Both the position numbers and the translations under genes were made by a program. Shown one piece after another: positions 36,635 through 45,879 of a DNA stretch of 64,000 nucleotides. Source of the DNA: a virus. Its lineage: Duplodnaviria; Heunggongvirae; Uroviricota; Caudoviricetes. Location: positions 128,738-192,737 of IMG/VR virus record IMGVR_UViG_3300047388_000185; one strand, given 5' to 3'. Within the stretch, counting starts at the first letter, position 1; each line of letters starts with the position of its first letter. The notes below the pieces were generated by a model, which was not told where the DNA came from, searched no databases, and saw nothing but the letters and a program-made list of their open reading frames with translations.

Positions 36635-37919
36635 CCAAAGTGTTAGAATAAGTTAGCACCTTTAGCGGGCGACCGCTATAGCAAATCCTGTTAATTGAAA
36701 ATAGATAATTGTGAGAAAAATACCCAAAGAGGATATCATAGAGAAGGCTACGAATCTTCTAAAACAAGAAGGTCGTTATCTAACTCAACGTGAAATTTCT
36801 AAAGGTATTGAAATATACGAAGGCGTGTTTCGAAAAAACGACATTGACACTGAAAAATTAGCCAATGAACTTGGATTTTTCAAGTCGGATTTATTCTACG
36901 CAGAATCTGCCAAATATCTGGATTTGTATAAAAAGTACACAATCGAGAAGGCCAGTGTAGTTTCTATTCCTGAATTTTCCGATTACATTGGTATTCCTGC
37001 CTGGAAGATTTATAAGTTTCAATGGGATTTAGAAGCCGTTTACGAAGAATGTACGAGCACTTGGATTAGTGAAGAACAAGCTTTGATTCTTTATAAAAAC
37101 ATGATTAAAGAAGCGAAATCAAGTACGCCTTTAATTAAGTTTAGTCAAGAAACCGGCATGAGTTTTCATCGTCTTTATCATTTTGGCTGGGATATCAAAT
37201 CTATCCATGAGGAGTGTGGGGTCACAGGTCGAATGTTTGATCGGATGACCTCCTTACCTCAAGCAAATCAAATTCTGAAAAGTTTGATAGAAAAGAAAAA
37301 TCGATACGTTACCAGAAAAGAACTCGCTTCTTATCTAGGTGTCTCATCGAGTTTACTATCAGTCTATAAACTTCCTTTAGAAAATATTAATGCTGAGTAC
37401 AGATTTTATCCCCGAGCCAAAGGCTACGAAATGTTTGTAGGCGAGGTTTTCTCAGAGATGTTCCCTATGTATTCGTTAGTAAAACAGAAGACATATTCGG
37501 ATTGTCGGGCAAGTGAATCAAAACGTAGTGTTTTAAAGTTTGATTATTACTGTCCGGAATTAAATCTTCTATTGGAAGTTGACGGTCCAGGTCATTTCAA
37601 CCCTGCGTGTAAATATTATGCGCCAGAGGTTGTGATCCGGGATCAAATCAAAAATGAATATTGTCAACAAAACGGGATTCCTTTAATCCGAATCCCCTAC
37701 GAACCAAAGTACTTTAAATCTCACGTTCAAAGTTATCTATCGGGAATCTCCTCGCCTGAAAAGGACGGACAACCCGCAGCCAAGCCTGATGAAAATCAGG
37801 AAGGTTCAACGACTAGTCGAAAGACGTAGGGCTCAAGAGAGCTCGAAACGCAGGGGCACTCTAGTAGTGCGTGATATAGTCTGAACTCATGGGAAACCAT
37901 GAGAGGTTTTGGGGAATCG
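36635..37919 (+). mobile_element. intron-like insertion (group I intron suspected) splitting DNA polymerase motif B; carries a homing-endonuclease ORF
   Basis: AT-rich 1.3-kb insert; 5' exon can end in T (CTCT|), insert ends in G (..GGAATCG|), and joining the ORFs restores in-frame RQLSK-TATNIVTFSILYG. Confidence 0.5.
36711..37829 (+). CDS. intron-encoded PD-(D/E)xK (DUF559/Vsr-like) homing endonuclease
   Basis: C-terminal core KFDYYCPELNLLLEVDGPGHF (E-VDG-x-H signature); GTG start; AT-rich. Confidence 0.5.
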   Translation: MRKIPKEDIIEKATNLLKQEGRYLTQREISKGIEIYEGVFRKNDIDTEKLANELGFFKSDLFYAESAKYLDLYKKYTIEKASVVSIPEFSDYIGIPAWKIYKFQWDLEAVYEECTSTWISEEQALILYKNMIKEAKSSTPLIKFSQETGMSFHRLYHFGWDIKSIHEECGVTGRMFDRMTSLPQANQILKSLIEKKNRYVTRKELASYLGVSSSLLSVYKLPLENINAEYRFYPRAKGYEMFVGEVFSEMFPMYSLVKQKTYSDCRASESKRSVLKFDYYCPELNLLLEVDGPGHFNPACKYYAPEVVIRDQIKNEYCQQNGIPLIRIPYEPKYFKSHVQSYLSGISSPEKDGQPAAKPDENQEGSTTSRKT

Positions 37920-38557
37920 CCAAAACCGCAACAAACATTGTGACATTCTCGATTTTATATGGCTCGTCTGAGGGGGGGATTGCTTTGCAATTAGGCATCT
38001 CCAAAGAAGAAGCCATTCGCCTTATGACCCTTTATTTTGATACCTTTCCGAAGGTTAAGGATTACATTGAAAAATCTCATCTAACGGCCAAGTGGAACCA
38101 GTTCGTTATCACGCCACTTGGTCAACGCAAACGGGAGTTTGGTACATTCGAGTGTTTCCGTCGCACAGCTGCTTACAATGCCGCTCTCCGCAATGCTCAG
38201 AATGTGATCATTCAATCGACGACTTCATCGGTCGGTTTGATGACCTTCACGGAGCTGAATCGACGGATTAAACCGTTTGGCGCAGTTAGTACTTGCTCCG
38301 TGTACGACTCTTTGGAAATCGAATGTCCATTGGAGAAAGCAGCCGAAGTCATTGCCGTCTGCTATGACACTTTGGATAACTGGCCTGTCGAAAACTTCGA
38401 TTGGTTGGAGCTACCAATCGGCTGCGAAGGAGACGTCGGAGTCAGTTGGGGAGAAACCAAGATCGTCCACCCCGGAGTCACGCAAGCTGAGGTCGAAGCT
38501 CTGGTTCAAAAGACCCGAGAAGAGTCCATCAAGACGTTTGGTGAATGGCTTCAATAA
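37920..38557 (+). CDS. family-A DNA polymerase, exon 2 (motifs B and C)
   Basis: motif B (K)TATNIVTFSILYGSSEGGIALQLGIS; motif C VYDSLEIECP; no RBS ahead of the in-frame ATG, consistent with splicing. Confidence 0.6.
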
Positions 38558-38570
38558 CCCGTTACAATTG

Positions 38571-38579
38571 TGGTATAAG
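38571..38579 (+). promoter_or_regulatory. TGGTATAAG promoter-like motif, copy 9
   Basis: preceded by the palindrome ACAATTGT; upstream of the 38654 ORF. Confidence 0.5.
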
Positions 38580-38653
38580 TAAGTAAGCCCAAAAATAAGC
38601 CTTTACCTAATCTGTAAGGGCTTATTCCCATTCAACTCTTGTTAAGGAATATC

Positions 38654-39001
38654 ATGCTCGAACTCCTTCAAAACCATCCGATCCCGATGATCTTCTTCGG
38701 CTGGTTCGTCCCCGCTGTATTCGTCTTCTGGTACAGCATTGGCGAGTACATGGAACTTCGTGAGATCGAACACGAGGCCCTGACTCAGGAAGCCAACTAC
38801 CGTCCGGTTATGTCACTTGGGGATAACATCCTCTTCTTCGTCACGGTGCTCCTGCCGTTTGCCAATCTCTTCTGTGCCTCGATCGTTATTGGTGTAGAAG
38901 CTTCGGATGGCTTCATGACCTGGATTCTCGATGTCTGTCATGGACGCGAGTATCGCAAGCAAGAACGAGAACATGCTGCCAAGTGGACGACGCCTCTGTG
39001 A
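38654..39001 (+). CDS. membrane protein
   Basis: AAGGA RBS; two TM helices. Confidence 0.5.
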   Translation: MLELLQNHPIPMIFFGWFVPAVFVFWYSIGEYMELREIEHEALTQEANYRPVMSLGDNILFFVTVLLPFANLFCASIVIGVEASDGFMTWILDVCHGREYRKQEREHAAKWTTPL

Positions 39002-39083
39002 AATCTCCAACTGTTCGCGTACTAGCAGTGGTCATAATCGCCCTGCTTAGCGCAATCATCATTTCGCAACAAGGAAAATAATC

Positions 39084-39539
39084 ATGCACGTCATCATGCA
39101 CTTCATCATTCCCATCTTGGTTCTTGTGATCGCCTGCTCCTTGTCGTACTACATCATCATCAACGGCGATATCAAAGGTTCCCTGGTCGACTTCGGCAAG
39201 TGGGCCTGGCCCAAGCTCCGGGCCCTGAGGCACACCCGCCGTCTGGTCAACGTCCCGTTCCACGTTCACTTGCATCGTCGGACCCGAGAGATGCCTTTCT
39301 GCCTCGGCCAAGTCTGGAATGGCATCGGCAAGTCTGTTCGTCTCATCGGTAAGGCCGAGAACGGAGACTGGATCTTGGACTTAGGTGATGATATCACCGG
39401 CCTGGAATCGTCCCAGAACCTGCGCAATCGGATCTATGATGATATCCTGTACCTCTACGAATGGGACCAAAGCATCGACTACATCCCGACCATCGGGAAC
39501 ATGAATGGCCTAAAAACCGTCGTGCTGAAAAGGTACTAA
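39084..39539 (+). CDS. membrane protein
   Basis: N-terminal TM IIPILVLVIACSLSYYIII. Confidence 0.5.
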   Translation: MHVIMHFIIPILVLVIACSLSYYIIINGDIKGSLVDFGKWAWPKLRALRHTRRLVNVPFHVHLHRRTREMPFCLGQVWNGIGKSVRLIGKAENGDWILDLGDDITGLESSQNLRNRIYDDILYLYEWDQSIDYIPTIGNMNGLKTVVLKRY

Positions 39540-39542
39540 CCC

Positions 39543-39564
39543 GAAGAGCTTCGGCTCTTTTTTG
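39543..39564 (+). terminator. rho-independent terminator
   Basis: AAGAGC-TTCG-GCTCTT followed by TTTT. Confidence 0.6.
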
Positions 39565-39577
39565 CTAGGCTAAAACT

Positions 39578-39838
39578 ATGCCAAATGAATTAGAAATCGG
39601 AGTTACGTATGAGAGTCGAGAGGGAATTCTCTTCCAACGCCGAGATGGAAATAAGATTTATGACACCAAGAACGGACCTTACCAGCATTGTACCGATGGT
39701 TGGAATCGATTCATATCAGGCCCGTATGTAGGCATGTGGGTTGGCAGAGAACACGAATCCACTTACAAACGCCATACGATACTAACTCTCTTCGTAGAAC
39801 AAATGTCAGAACAACTGGATCTATTTGATGTTGACTGA
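39578..39838 (+). CDS. small protein with C-terminal EQLDLFDVD motif
   Basis: ends ...MSEQLDLFDVD*. Confidence 0.55.
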   Translation: MPNELEIGVTYESREGILFQRRDGNKIYDTKNGPYQHCTDGWNRFISGPYVGMWVGREHESTYKRHTILTLFVEQMSEQLDLFDVD

Positions 39839-40142
39839 AATCATCCCCGGACACCGATATCTTCGAGTCGACGGTGTCGAAGTAGAAGCCTATTGCGATG
39901 GCTCTGAAGATACGAATAGAATTGCAGTACGTCCCGTTAATCCCCGGGAGAACGATGGCCTATATCGCTGGATGAAATCTGGAACCCAGTGGAACAGTTT
40001 GAAAGGAAATCTCCTGGATAAAATTCCAGTGGCTGGCAGAACTCTTATGAGTGATATTATCGGAAAACGTCAGGATCACCTCCAACTCACTATTTGTCTA
40101 ACTACCCAACCAAAACAAGAACAACTGGACTTATTCGAATGA
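39825..40142 (+). CDS. small protein, paralog family C (EIIPG..Y.R.DG...YRWMKSG), C-terminal EQLDLFE
   Basis: shares its N-terminus and the RWMKSG core with the 40800 and 41116 ORFs. Confidence 0.55.
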   Translation: MMLTEIIPGHRYLRVDGVEVEAYCDGSEDTNRIAVRPVNPRENDGLYRWMKSGTQWNSLKGNLLDKIPVAGRTLMSDIIGKRQDHLQLTICLTTQPKQEQLDLFE

Positions 40143-40600
40143 CCGCAACAATGAGAATCGAATCTTTCACCGGACCTTACCGGTTTCTGAGCAACTTCGA
40201 GCCTTGTCCTATCTACTACGGGGGCATTCACTTCTACCACGTTGAAGGTGCATACGTAGCTGCTAAGACGCTTGATCTAGAACTGCGTAAAGAAATTGCA
40301 ACGATTGTTGAGGCAGGCAAAGTCAAACGTAAAGGTCGTCAGATCGAGCTATGTCCAGACTGGGAAGAAGAGAAGCTCTCAATCATGGAGTCCCTTCTTC
40401 GCCGTAAGTTTGAACAAGGAGGTGAGTTGGCCGAAAAACTTCTCGCCACGAATGACGCCGAGCTTATCGAAGGCAACTGGTGGGGCGATGTCTTCTGGGG
40501 TGTTTGCCGGGGTAAGGGTGAAAATCATCTCGGCAAGTTGTTGATGAAAATCAGAGAGGAATTGAGATGCGAAAACTTGAACTCGGAGTCCCCTATCTAA
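40139..40600 (+). CDS. NADAR-family protein (YbiA-like, ADP-ribose processing)
   Basis: RFLSNFEPCPIYYGGIHFYHVEGAYVAAK and GNWWGDVFWG...GENHLGKLLMKIR signatures; ATGA-coupled to the upstream ORF. Confidence 0.65.
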   Translation: MTATMRIESFTGPYRFLSNFEPCPIYYGGIHFYHVEGAYVAAKTLDLELRKEIATIVEAGKVKRKGRQIELCPDWEEEKLSIMESLLRRKFEQGGELAEKLLATNDAELIEGNWWGDVFWGVCRGKGENHLGKLLMKIREELRCENLNSESPI

Positions 40601-40800
40601 CGAAGGCGGGGAAGAGGGTCGAGGGGATCCAGATTAACTACGACTACATGCTATTCGATGACCAACTTTGTCGCTATATTGAAAGCAGTGGGCCTAGGGT
40701 TATTGGCCGATTGATTGATTCAGATCATAGGGAATTCAAGGAGGATTTGGATCCTTCTCAGTTCGAGTTGATTCAATTTTCTCAGCTGGAGTTGTTCTAA
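40567..40800 (+). CDS. small protein with C-terminal QLELF
   Basis: ends ...FSQLELF*. Confidence 0.5.
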   Translation: MRKLELGVPYLTKAGKRVEGIQINYDYMLFDDQLCRYIESSGPRVIGRLIDSDHREFKEDLDPSQFELIQFSQLELF

Positions 40801-41123
40801 TGCTTGATGAAATCATCCCCGGAGAACTATACCTTCGAGAAGATGGTGCCGTTTTACAGGCGCATCTTGACGGGGGAGAAAGCCTCAACTGTATCTCTTT
40901 CATGGACGTCGGAAGAGGTCAATCTGACGGCCGATATCGTTGGATGAAATCTGGCGTTCGTCCCGCAGAATGTCCTGGAAGCTGGGATAAAAACCCTATA
41001 GCCGGGACAGTTCCCAATAATGACGTTCGAAAAGAAAAAGGGATGCTTACTGGATTTGCTTTTATCGAGTGCGTTTCTAAGCCGAAATATCAACCGACGC
41101 AATTGGAGCTTTTTGATGTTTGA
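40800..41123 (+). CDS. small protein, paralog family C, C-terminal QLELFDV
   Basis: MLDEIIPGELYLREDG...RYRWMKSG. Confidence 0.55.
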   Translation: MLDEIIPGELYLREDGAVLQAHLDGGESLNCISFMDVGRGQSDGRYRWMKSGVRPAECPGSWDKNPIAGTVPNNDVRKEKGMLTGFAFIECVSKPKYQPTQLELFDV

Positions 41124-41463
41124 TGAAATCATCCCGGGAGCTATATATAAATGCCGTGATGGAAAACTCGTTCAGGCGTACCTTTGTCTCGAAAAGCCGG
41201 ATTATCAAGGTGGGGAACTTATTCTGGCTCAATATGTAAATGAGGCGGGGGAACCTACGGGAAAGGGCGATGACGGAGTCTATTGCTGGAGACGTAGTGG
41301 CCCGAAGCCTGATACTGTGTCGGCTAGTTGGAGAGATACTATGATTGCCGGTCACGTACCTAAAATTAAAAGTATCCCTGCAAATCTAGAAGCGGATAGG
41401 AGAGATCTAGTAGAATGTATCTCGCATCCTAGACGTCAATTAATTCAATTGGAGTTGTTTTAA
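41116..41463 (+). CDS. small protein, paralog family C, C-terminal QLELF
   Basis: MFDEIIPGAIYKCRDG...YCWRRSG; ATG 41116. Confidence 0.55.
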   Translation: MFDEIIPGAIYKCRDGKLVQAYLCLEKPDYQGGELILAQYVNEAGEPTGKGDDGVYCWRRSGPKPDTVSASWRDTMIAGHVPKIKSIPANLEADRRDLVECISHPRRQLIQLELF

Positions 41464-41717
41464 TGCTGCAAATTGACCTGAAAAAGCTAGCCGAAGACGC
41501 GCTCACAGCGGCGTACGAGAAAGGTCTTGGGGATCATAGTGAGGATCGAGAAGCCTGGACTTTAAGAGAGGCTGTTGCTAAAATAGCTAAGAAAGAGCTT
41601 CTCGACGGAGTCGAATGTTTGGATAAAGAAAATAAAAGGCTTCGAGCGAAGTTATCCAACGCCCAACAAGCAATAGAGGATATGGAGAATGACAAAGACT
41701 ATAAGTACGGCTACTAA
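41463..41717 (+). CDS. small coiled-coil protein
   Basis: 84-aa ORF. Confidence 0.4.
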   Translation: MLQIDLKKLAEDALTAAYEKGLGDHSEDREAWTLREAVAKIAKKELLDGVECLDKENKRLRAKLSNAQQAIEDMENDKDYKYGY

Positions 41718-42009
41718 GCAGCTAGATCTCTTTCCAGAAGCGCCGATCAAGCTGTCACCGCGAACGATCTATCTCGTTGGCATTGACACAGACAGCGCAG
41801 ACATCGACGTCATTCCTTTTTACGATAAGTACGACGCCCTGTCATATGCGCACCAGCAATTTGCTGAATATACAAAGGATTATGCTGACTACGCTGAAGT
41901 CCGAGAAGAGGGTGATCTATCTGTCTACGCAATCAAAGATGGGTGGTTATACACTGCAACTGATGGGGACGGGATTCATATCTGGGTCCGGGAGGTAAAG
42001 ATCAAATGA
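41689..42009 (+). CDS. small protein with N-terminal KQLDLFPE motif
   Basis: QLDLF lies near the N-terminus (residues 11-15). Confidence 0.45.
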   Translation: MTKTISTATKQLDLFPEAPIKLSPRTIYLVGIDTDSADIDVIPFYDKYDALSYAHQQFAEYTKDYADYAEVREEGDLSVYAIKDGWLYTATDGDGIHIWVREVKIK

Positions 42010-42242
42010 ACACTCACGTTTTTATCGTCATAAAGCATGATCGGCGCATTGGAGTAAACGGAGAACCAGAACTGCATTCAACCTATTCGGACGCAGAGAA
42101 ATCGGCAAACGAATATTTGAAATGGTATGCGGAGCCGGGCTTTGAGATTTCTAAGGCAAACGGGGTTCAAGTCGGAATTGTCCAAGCTCGATACGGTGAT
42201 GGGTTCTCCATTGAAATTTATCGAAAACTTCTCCCCGCCTAG
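42006..42242 (+). CDS. hypothetical small protein
   Basis: 78-aa ORF. Confidence 0.4.
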   Translation: MNTHVFIVIKHDRRIGVNGEPELHSTYSDAEKSANEYLKWYAEPGFEISKANGVQVGIVQARYGDGFSIEIYRKLLPA

Positions 42243-42264
42243 ATTCAACTAATTACAACATCTT

Positions 42265-42273
42265 TGGTATAAG
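42265..42273 (+). promoter_or_regulatory. TGGTATAAG promoter-like motif, copy 10
   Basis: 12 nt upstream of the 42285 ORF. Confidence 0.45.
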
Positions 42274-42284
42274 GATATACACAC

Positions 42285-42695
42285 ATGGTATGGGTTGTTA
42301 GTATTGATAGCCGATTTCAAGAAGGGCGATCAGTCTTCTTCATGAAGCAGCCTAATCCAACCAATCAATGGTGGACAGTTGTCCTTGAAAAAACAGCTAT
42401 TTTCAAAGACAGGGATGACGCGCAGAGATTAGTCAACAAGCTGAAGTATAACAACCCTAAAGTGATTTCATTGCAGGCTGCTCATGAAGCAGTTGCAAAC
42501 TGGAACGTCGTCGATTATACTGTGGCCGGAAAGAAGAATAACTATGACCGACAAATATCTCCCCTCGTCCTCAATCGCAACCGGCCCAGCATTCGCCAAA
42601 CTCGGGCCGCCCAGTACGATCTGTTCGAACCCGAGTACGAACACGAGCTCGATCATCTCTTTGGCCTCGACGGCTGGGGTAGCGAAGGTCGGTAG
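42285..42695 (+). CDS. small protein with internal QYDLFEPE motif
   Basis: ...RAAQYDLFEPEYEHELDHLFGLDG... Confidence 0.45.
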   Translation: MVWVVSIDSRFQEGRSVFFMKQPNPTNQWWTVVLEKTAIFKDRDDAQRLVNKLKYNNPKVISLQAAHEAVANWNVVDYTVAGKKNNYDRQISPLVLNRNRPSIRQTRAAQYDLFEPEYEHELDHLFGLDGWGSEGR

Positions 42696-42850
42696 CCTGA
42701 TTCTCGAGCCAGAAAAGTGGGCCGCTGAGTATCACACCCTCGCAGTAGACTATCTCGGTGAACCCGAACAAGTCTACTTCATGAATGCATCCCGTCGTTT
42801 TATGGCCCTGGCAAAGGCGCTGAAAATCGAAGAGAATAAGGAGAAGCCTG

Positions 42851-43123
42851 ATGGCTTTGTCGTGCTTGGGGATATTGACTGACGAGGAAATTCGTAGACA
42901 TGCTATCTACAAGCAGGGATACGATCTCTTTAAAGGTAAGCCTAAACATTTCTCGTCAAGTAGTCCGTATCCGTACGATACCCTGGAAATTGATCTCTGG
43001 CGAGTCGGTGCACATCAAGCGCTAGAAGAGGACCGAGGTCGAAATACAGGTTGGCAAGGGGGTCGAGGAGTCCCCCTTTCTGGTACGCCTATCTTCGTCC
43101 AGCTAGATCTATTCGGAGATTAG
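42851..43123 (+). CDS. small protein with C-terminal VQLDLFGD
   Basis: ends ...IFVQLDLFGD*. Confidence 0.5.
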   Translation: MALSCLGILTDEEIRRHAIYKQGYDLFKGKPKHFSSSSPYPYDTLEIDLWRVGAHQALEEDRGRNTGWQGGRGVPLSGTPIFVQLDLFGD

Positions 43124-43125
43124 AT

Positions 43126-43410
43126 ATGACTCTCGATGAAATTCGAGCTACAAAAGAGTATCTCGAAGGTTGGACCGTCTACTCCCCGTACTTCGAGAAT
43201 AACTGTAGTTGGCCTCCTGGACTGGGTCGTCAAGATTGTCCTTATAAGAGTGGAATAAGTTCGGATCTTTGGTATTGCGGCGCTAATTCTGCATATGGCA
43301 ATCGATATCATCCGGGGACACACACGGAATGTTATGAGATCCTCCTTGCCAGATCTGAGCCTACTTACGGTCGACGGTCGACTCAAGAACAACTATGCCT
43401 TTTCGATTAG
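43126..43410 (+). CDS. small Cys-containing protein with C-terminal EQLCLFD
   Basis: ATG 43126; ends ...QEQLCLFD*. Confidence 0.5.
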   Translation: MTLDEIRATKEYLEGWTVYSPYFENNCSWPPGLGRQDCPYKSGISSDLWYCGANSAYGNRYHPGTHTECYEILLARSEPTYGRRSTQEQLCLFD

Positions 43411-43418
43411 GAGTCTCA

Positions 43419-43688
43419 GTGCTACCATCTGAAATACAAGTTGGCGAGACTTATGAAACACGAGCCGGGCGTATCGTGACTGTTATCGGTTTGAAGCCCG
43501 ATCTACGTTACGGAGATGCACTCTACGCCGTTGAAACTTCGGAAGACACCCCATTCGGCTATAGAACATTGGTCTGGGGCACGGGAGAATCTCGGGGCAA
43601 GATCTCAGTACACACAGAGAGTGACCGAGACCTAGTGGCATTGATATCGGGAATACAGGGATCGGTTCAATTTGATTTGTTTGACTGA
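43419..43688 (+). CDS. small protein with C-terminal VQFDLFD
   Basis: GTG start with AGGAG RBS; ends ...SVQFDLFD*. Confidence 0.5.
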   Translation: MLPSEIQVGETYETRAGRIVTVIGLKPDLRYGDALYAVETSEDTPFGYRTLVWGTGESRGKISVHTESDRDLVALISGIQGSVQFDLFD

Positions 43689-43699
43689 GGAAATAAACG

Positions 43700-43945
43700 G
43701 TGGAACGTAGAGTTTCCAAACAGAATAAAGCCTTCCGTCTCGGGTGGACTGCATGCAAAAACTGGGGGATGGGGGAAGCGTACCCAGACTGCCCCTATGA
43801 TTATTACGATGACGTCGAGCACTTCAAATGGCTCGATTGGAGTAAGGGATTTTCTCAAGCATTGAGTACATATTCTGATTATGTCGACGATCTCCCTGTC
43901 AAACCCAAGCCGCCTGAATTAGGCGAACAACTTTCCCTTTTCTAA
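43700..43945 (+). CDS. small protein with C-terminal EQLSLF
   Basis: ends ...LGEQLSLF*. Confidence 0.5.
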   Translation: MERRVSKQNKAFRLGWTACKNWGMGEAYPDCPYDYYDDVEHFKWLDWSKGFSQALSTYSDYVDDLPVKPKPPELGEQLSLF

Positions 43946-43977
43946 CCGCTAATCGTTCTAACCCAAAAGGAACACTC

Positions 43978-44784
43978 GTGTCCAATGTAACCAATCCCCT
44001 CGGCCCCCGTGGTCAAAAACTCAACGGCTTCCTTAAGTGGGGTTTGCTCCTGGCTGGCGCGTATGCCATCAGCCACATCATCCTCGGTATCATCGCAGGA
44101 ATTGTCGGCGTCGCAGTCGCAGTAGGTGTCTACACTTTCCTGGTGGCCGCAGCGCCGCTGATCTCGCTCAAGATCTCCAACTTCGTGATGAAGCGATTCG
44201 TTGCCGAGGTTCGAGCCAATCCTGTCGAGGCCCGAATGAAGGTCTTTGCCGAGAAGAGTGATGAACTCAAAAAGGGTCAAGATGCCCTGGAAGAGTTCAA
44301 CAAGGCCGTTCGTCAATACGCCATGGAAATCCAAGATGTGGTAAAGAACTACCCGGACGAAGCCCCAAAGTACCTAGAGCACCAAACCCGGATGGTGCAG
44401 ATGCTTGATCTTCGATATAAGGGTTGGCAAAAGGCTAAGCAAGCCCTAGTTGACTACGACAAGATGACGGACAAGGTTCGTGTGATCTGGAAGGCTACTT
44501 TGGCTTCGGACCGTATGAGCAAGGCTGCTGGCATCATGGCAACTGAATCGGCCTGGAACAAAATCATCAACGATGAGTCCATCCGTGTCGCAGAAGAAGG
44601 TATGGCCAATTCGTTCGCGGATCTGGATCACATGCTGCGTATGGAAAGCATCGAGGATCATCCTCAAGCAGCTCAATTGGCCAACAATCCGACCCCCACT
44701 CTGCTCGTGCAGAATTCGGATGGATCGTTCAAGCTTCCGTCAATGGTCATTCCTCAAGCTCGGGTAACCGTGGCGGCGGACTGA
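43978..44784 (+). CDS. membrane protein
   Basis: two long N-terminal TM helices followed by a coiled-coil soluble domain. Confidence 0.5.
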   Translation: MSNVTNPLGPRGQKLNGFLKWGLLLAGAYAISHIILGIIAGIVGVAVAVGVYTFLVAAAPLISLKISNFVMKRFVAEVRANPVEARMKVFAEKSDELKKGQDALEEFNKAVRQYAMEIQDVVKNYPDEAPKYLEHQTRMVQMLDLRYKGWQKAKQALVDYDKMTDKVRVIWKATLASDRMSKAAGIMATESAWNKIINDESIRVAEEGMANSFADLDHMLRMESIEDHPQAAQLANNPTPTLLVQNSDGSFKLPSMVIPQARVTVAAD

Positions 44785-44805
44785 TTCCAATCCAAGGAGA
44801 ACTAT

Positions 44806-44994
44806 ATGAATTTGAAATACACCATCGGTGCTGTCGTCATCGGCCTGCTCTTCATCGGCGGAGCTTGGCTGTTCCAAGATGAAGGCACGACCTCGAAGAA
44901 CAACGCCCCACAGTCCAGCGGCGGTCAAGTCTACGACGCTCCGGCTCAAACACAAGCGCCGAAGAACAGCAGTTCTGGTGACGCCAACTTCTAG
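44806..44994 (+). CDS. small single-TM protein
   Basis: MNLKYTIGAVVIGLLFIGGAWLF... Confidence 0.4.
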   Translation: MNLKYTIGAVVIGLLFIGGAWLFQDEGTTSKNNAPQSSGGQVYDAPAQTQAPKNSSSGDANF

Positions 44995-45301
44995 GAAAGA
45001 CATGGTCAAACCGATTCATCCTTGGCCGAATCGACCTCATACAAACTCTCTACCCCCGGTCACTCCTGGAGCTCCCGGTGGGGAATGGGATCCGCCGGAA
45101 GGGGTCACAGATGTGGCTGTATTAATTCCCTACCAAGACCTCAAGGCGATGAAGTCGGTGCGAAAGGAAACGCACTTGGTCTTCTTCGAGGTCAAGGGAC
45201 TGGACGGCTCTTACATCCTTTCCTCCGACGGTTCCACCCGTCCTTACGGCGAAGGTCATTGACCAAGAAGGCTCAAGCCTTCTTTTTGATTAGGAAAATT
45301 A

Positions 45302-45571
45302 ATGTTGAATGACCTAGAAGTTGGACGACGTTATCTAACCAGGAATGGTAAGGAAGTCATGGTTTCTTCTACGTGCGACTGGGGTTTGGATTCGAAGGGG
45401 AGTGGAAGGTTATCCGTGGCATATTATCGTATAGATGGTTACGATCGATGTGTATTTGCAAATGGAAGAAATCGAGGAACTCCTACCTTCGACGATTTTA
45501 AAGACCCCAGGGATATCGTCTCTGAACTATATGTCTATGAACAAGAACAACTCGATCTATTCGGAGATTAG
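45302..45571 (+). CDS. small protein with C-terminal EQLDLFGD
   Basis: ends ...EQEQLDLFGD*. Confidence 0.5.
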   Translation: MLNDLEVGRRYLTRNGKEVMVSSTCDWGLDSKGSGRLSVAYYRIDGYDRCVFANGRNRGTPTFDDFKDPRDIVSELYVYEQEQLDLFGD

Positions 45572-45573
45572 AT

Positions 45574-45879
45574 ATGGCAAGACAACGACCTAACGGATTC
45601 GAACCCGGCGCTAGACTGGAAGTTGGTAACTGGTATCGAACTAAGGGGGATAACGTTATTCAAGTATTGACCGTGATGAAGTACACTACCCAAAGAGATA
45701 GTGATAGGGGTTGGGGACATGCTGAATGTAGTGATAACGTAACCCGGATCGTTGCAAACGAATATGTAGGCGCGTCTACCTGGGCTGATAAAATTATGGA
45801 TAGGTGTTTTATCTGTGAGTGCAATGCAGATGGCTCTGATCTAGGTACCTACAAACAAGAACAACTGAGCTTATTCTAA
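45574..45879 (+). CDS. small protein with C-terminal EQLSLF
   Basis: ends ...KQEQLSLF*. Confidence 0.5.
   Translation: MARQRPNGFEPGARLEVGNWYRTKGDNVIQVLTVMKYTTQRDSDRGWGHAECSDNVTRIVANEYVGASTWADKIMDRCFICECNADGSDLGTYKQEQLSLF

Noticed and set aside
42484-42882. 132-aa ORF overlapping 42285..42695 in the +1 frame (possible programmed frameshift fusion)
   Set aside because: The overlapped part translates to low-complexity sequence (PSTICSNPSTNTSSI). Only the last ~60 codons look protein-like and they have their own downstream ATG. A +1 fusion is not supported.
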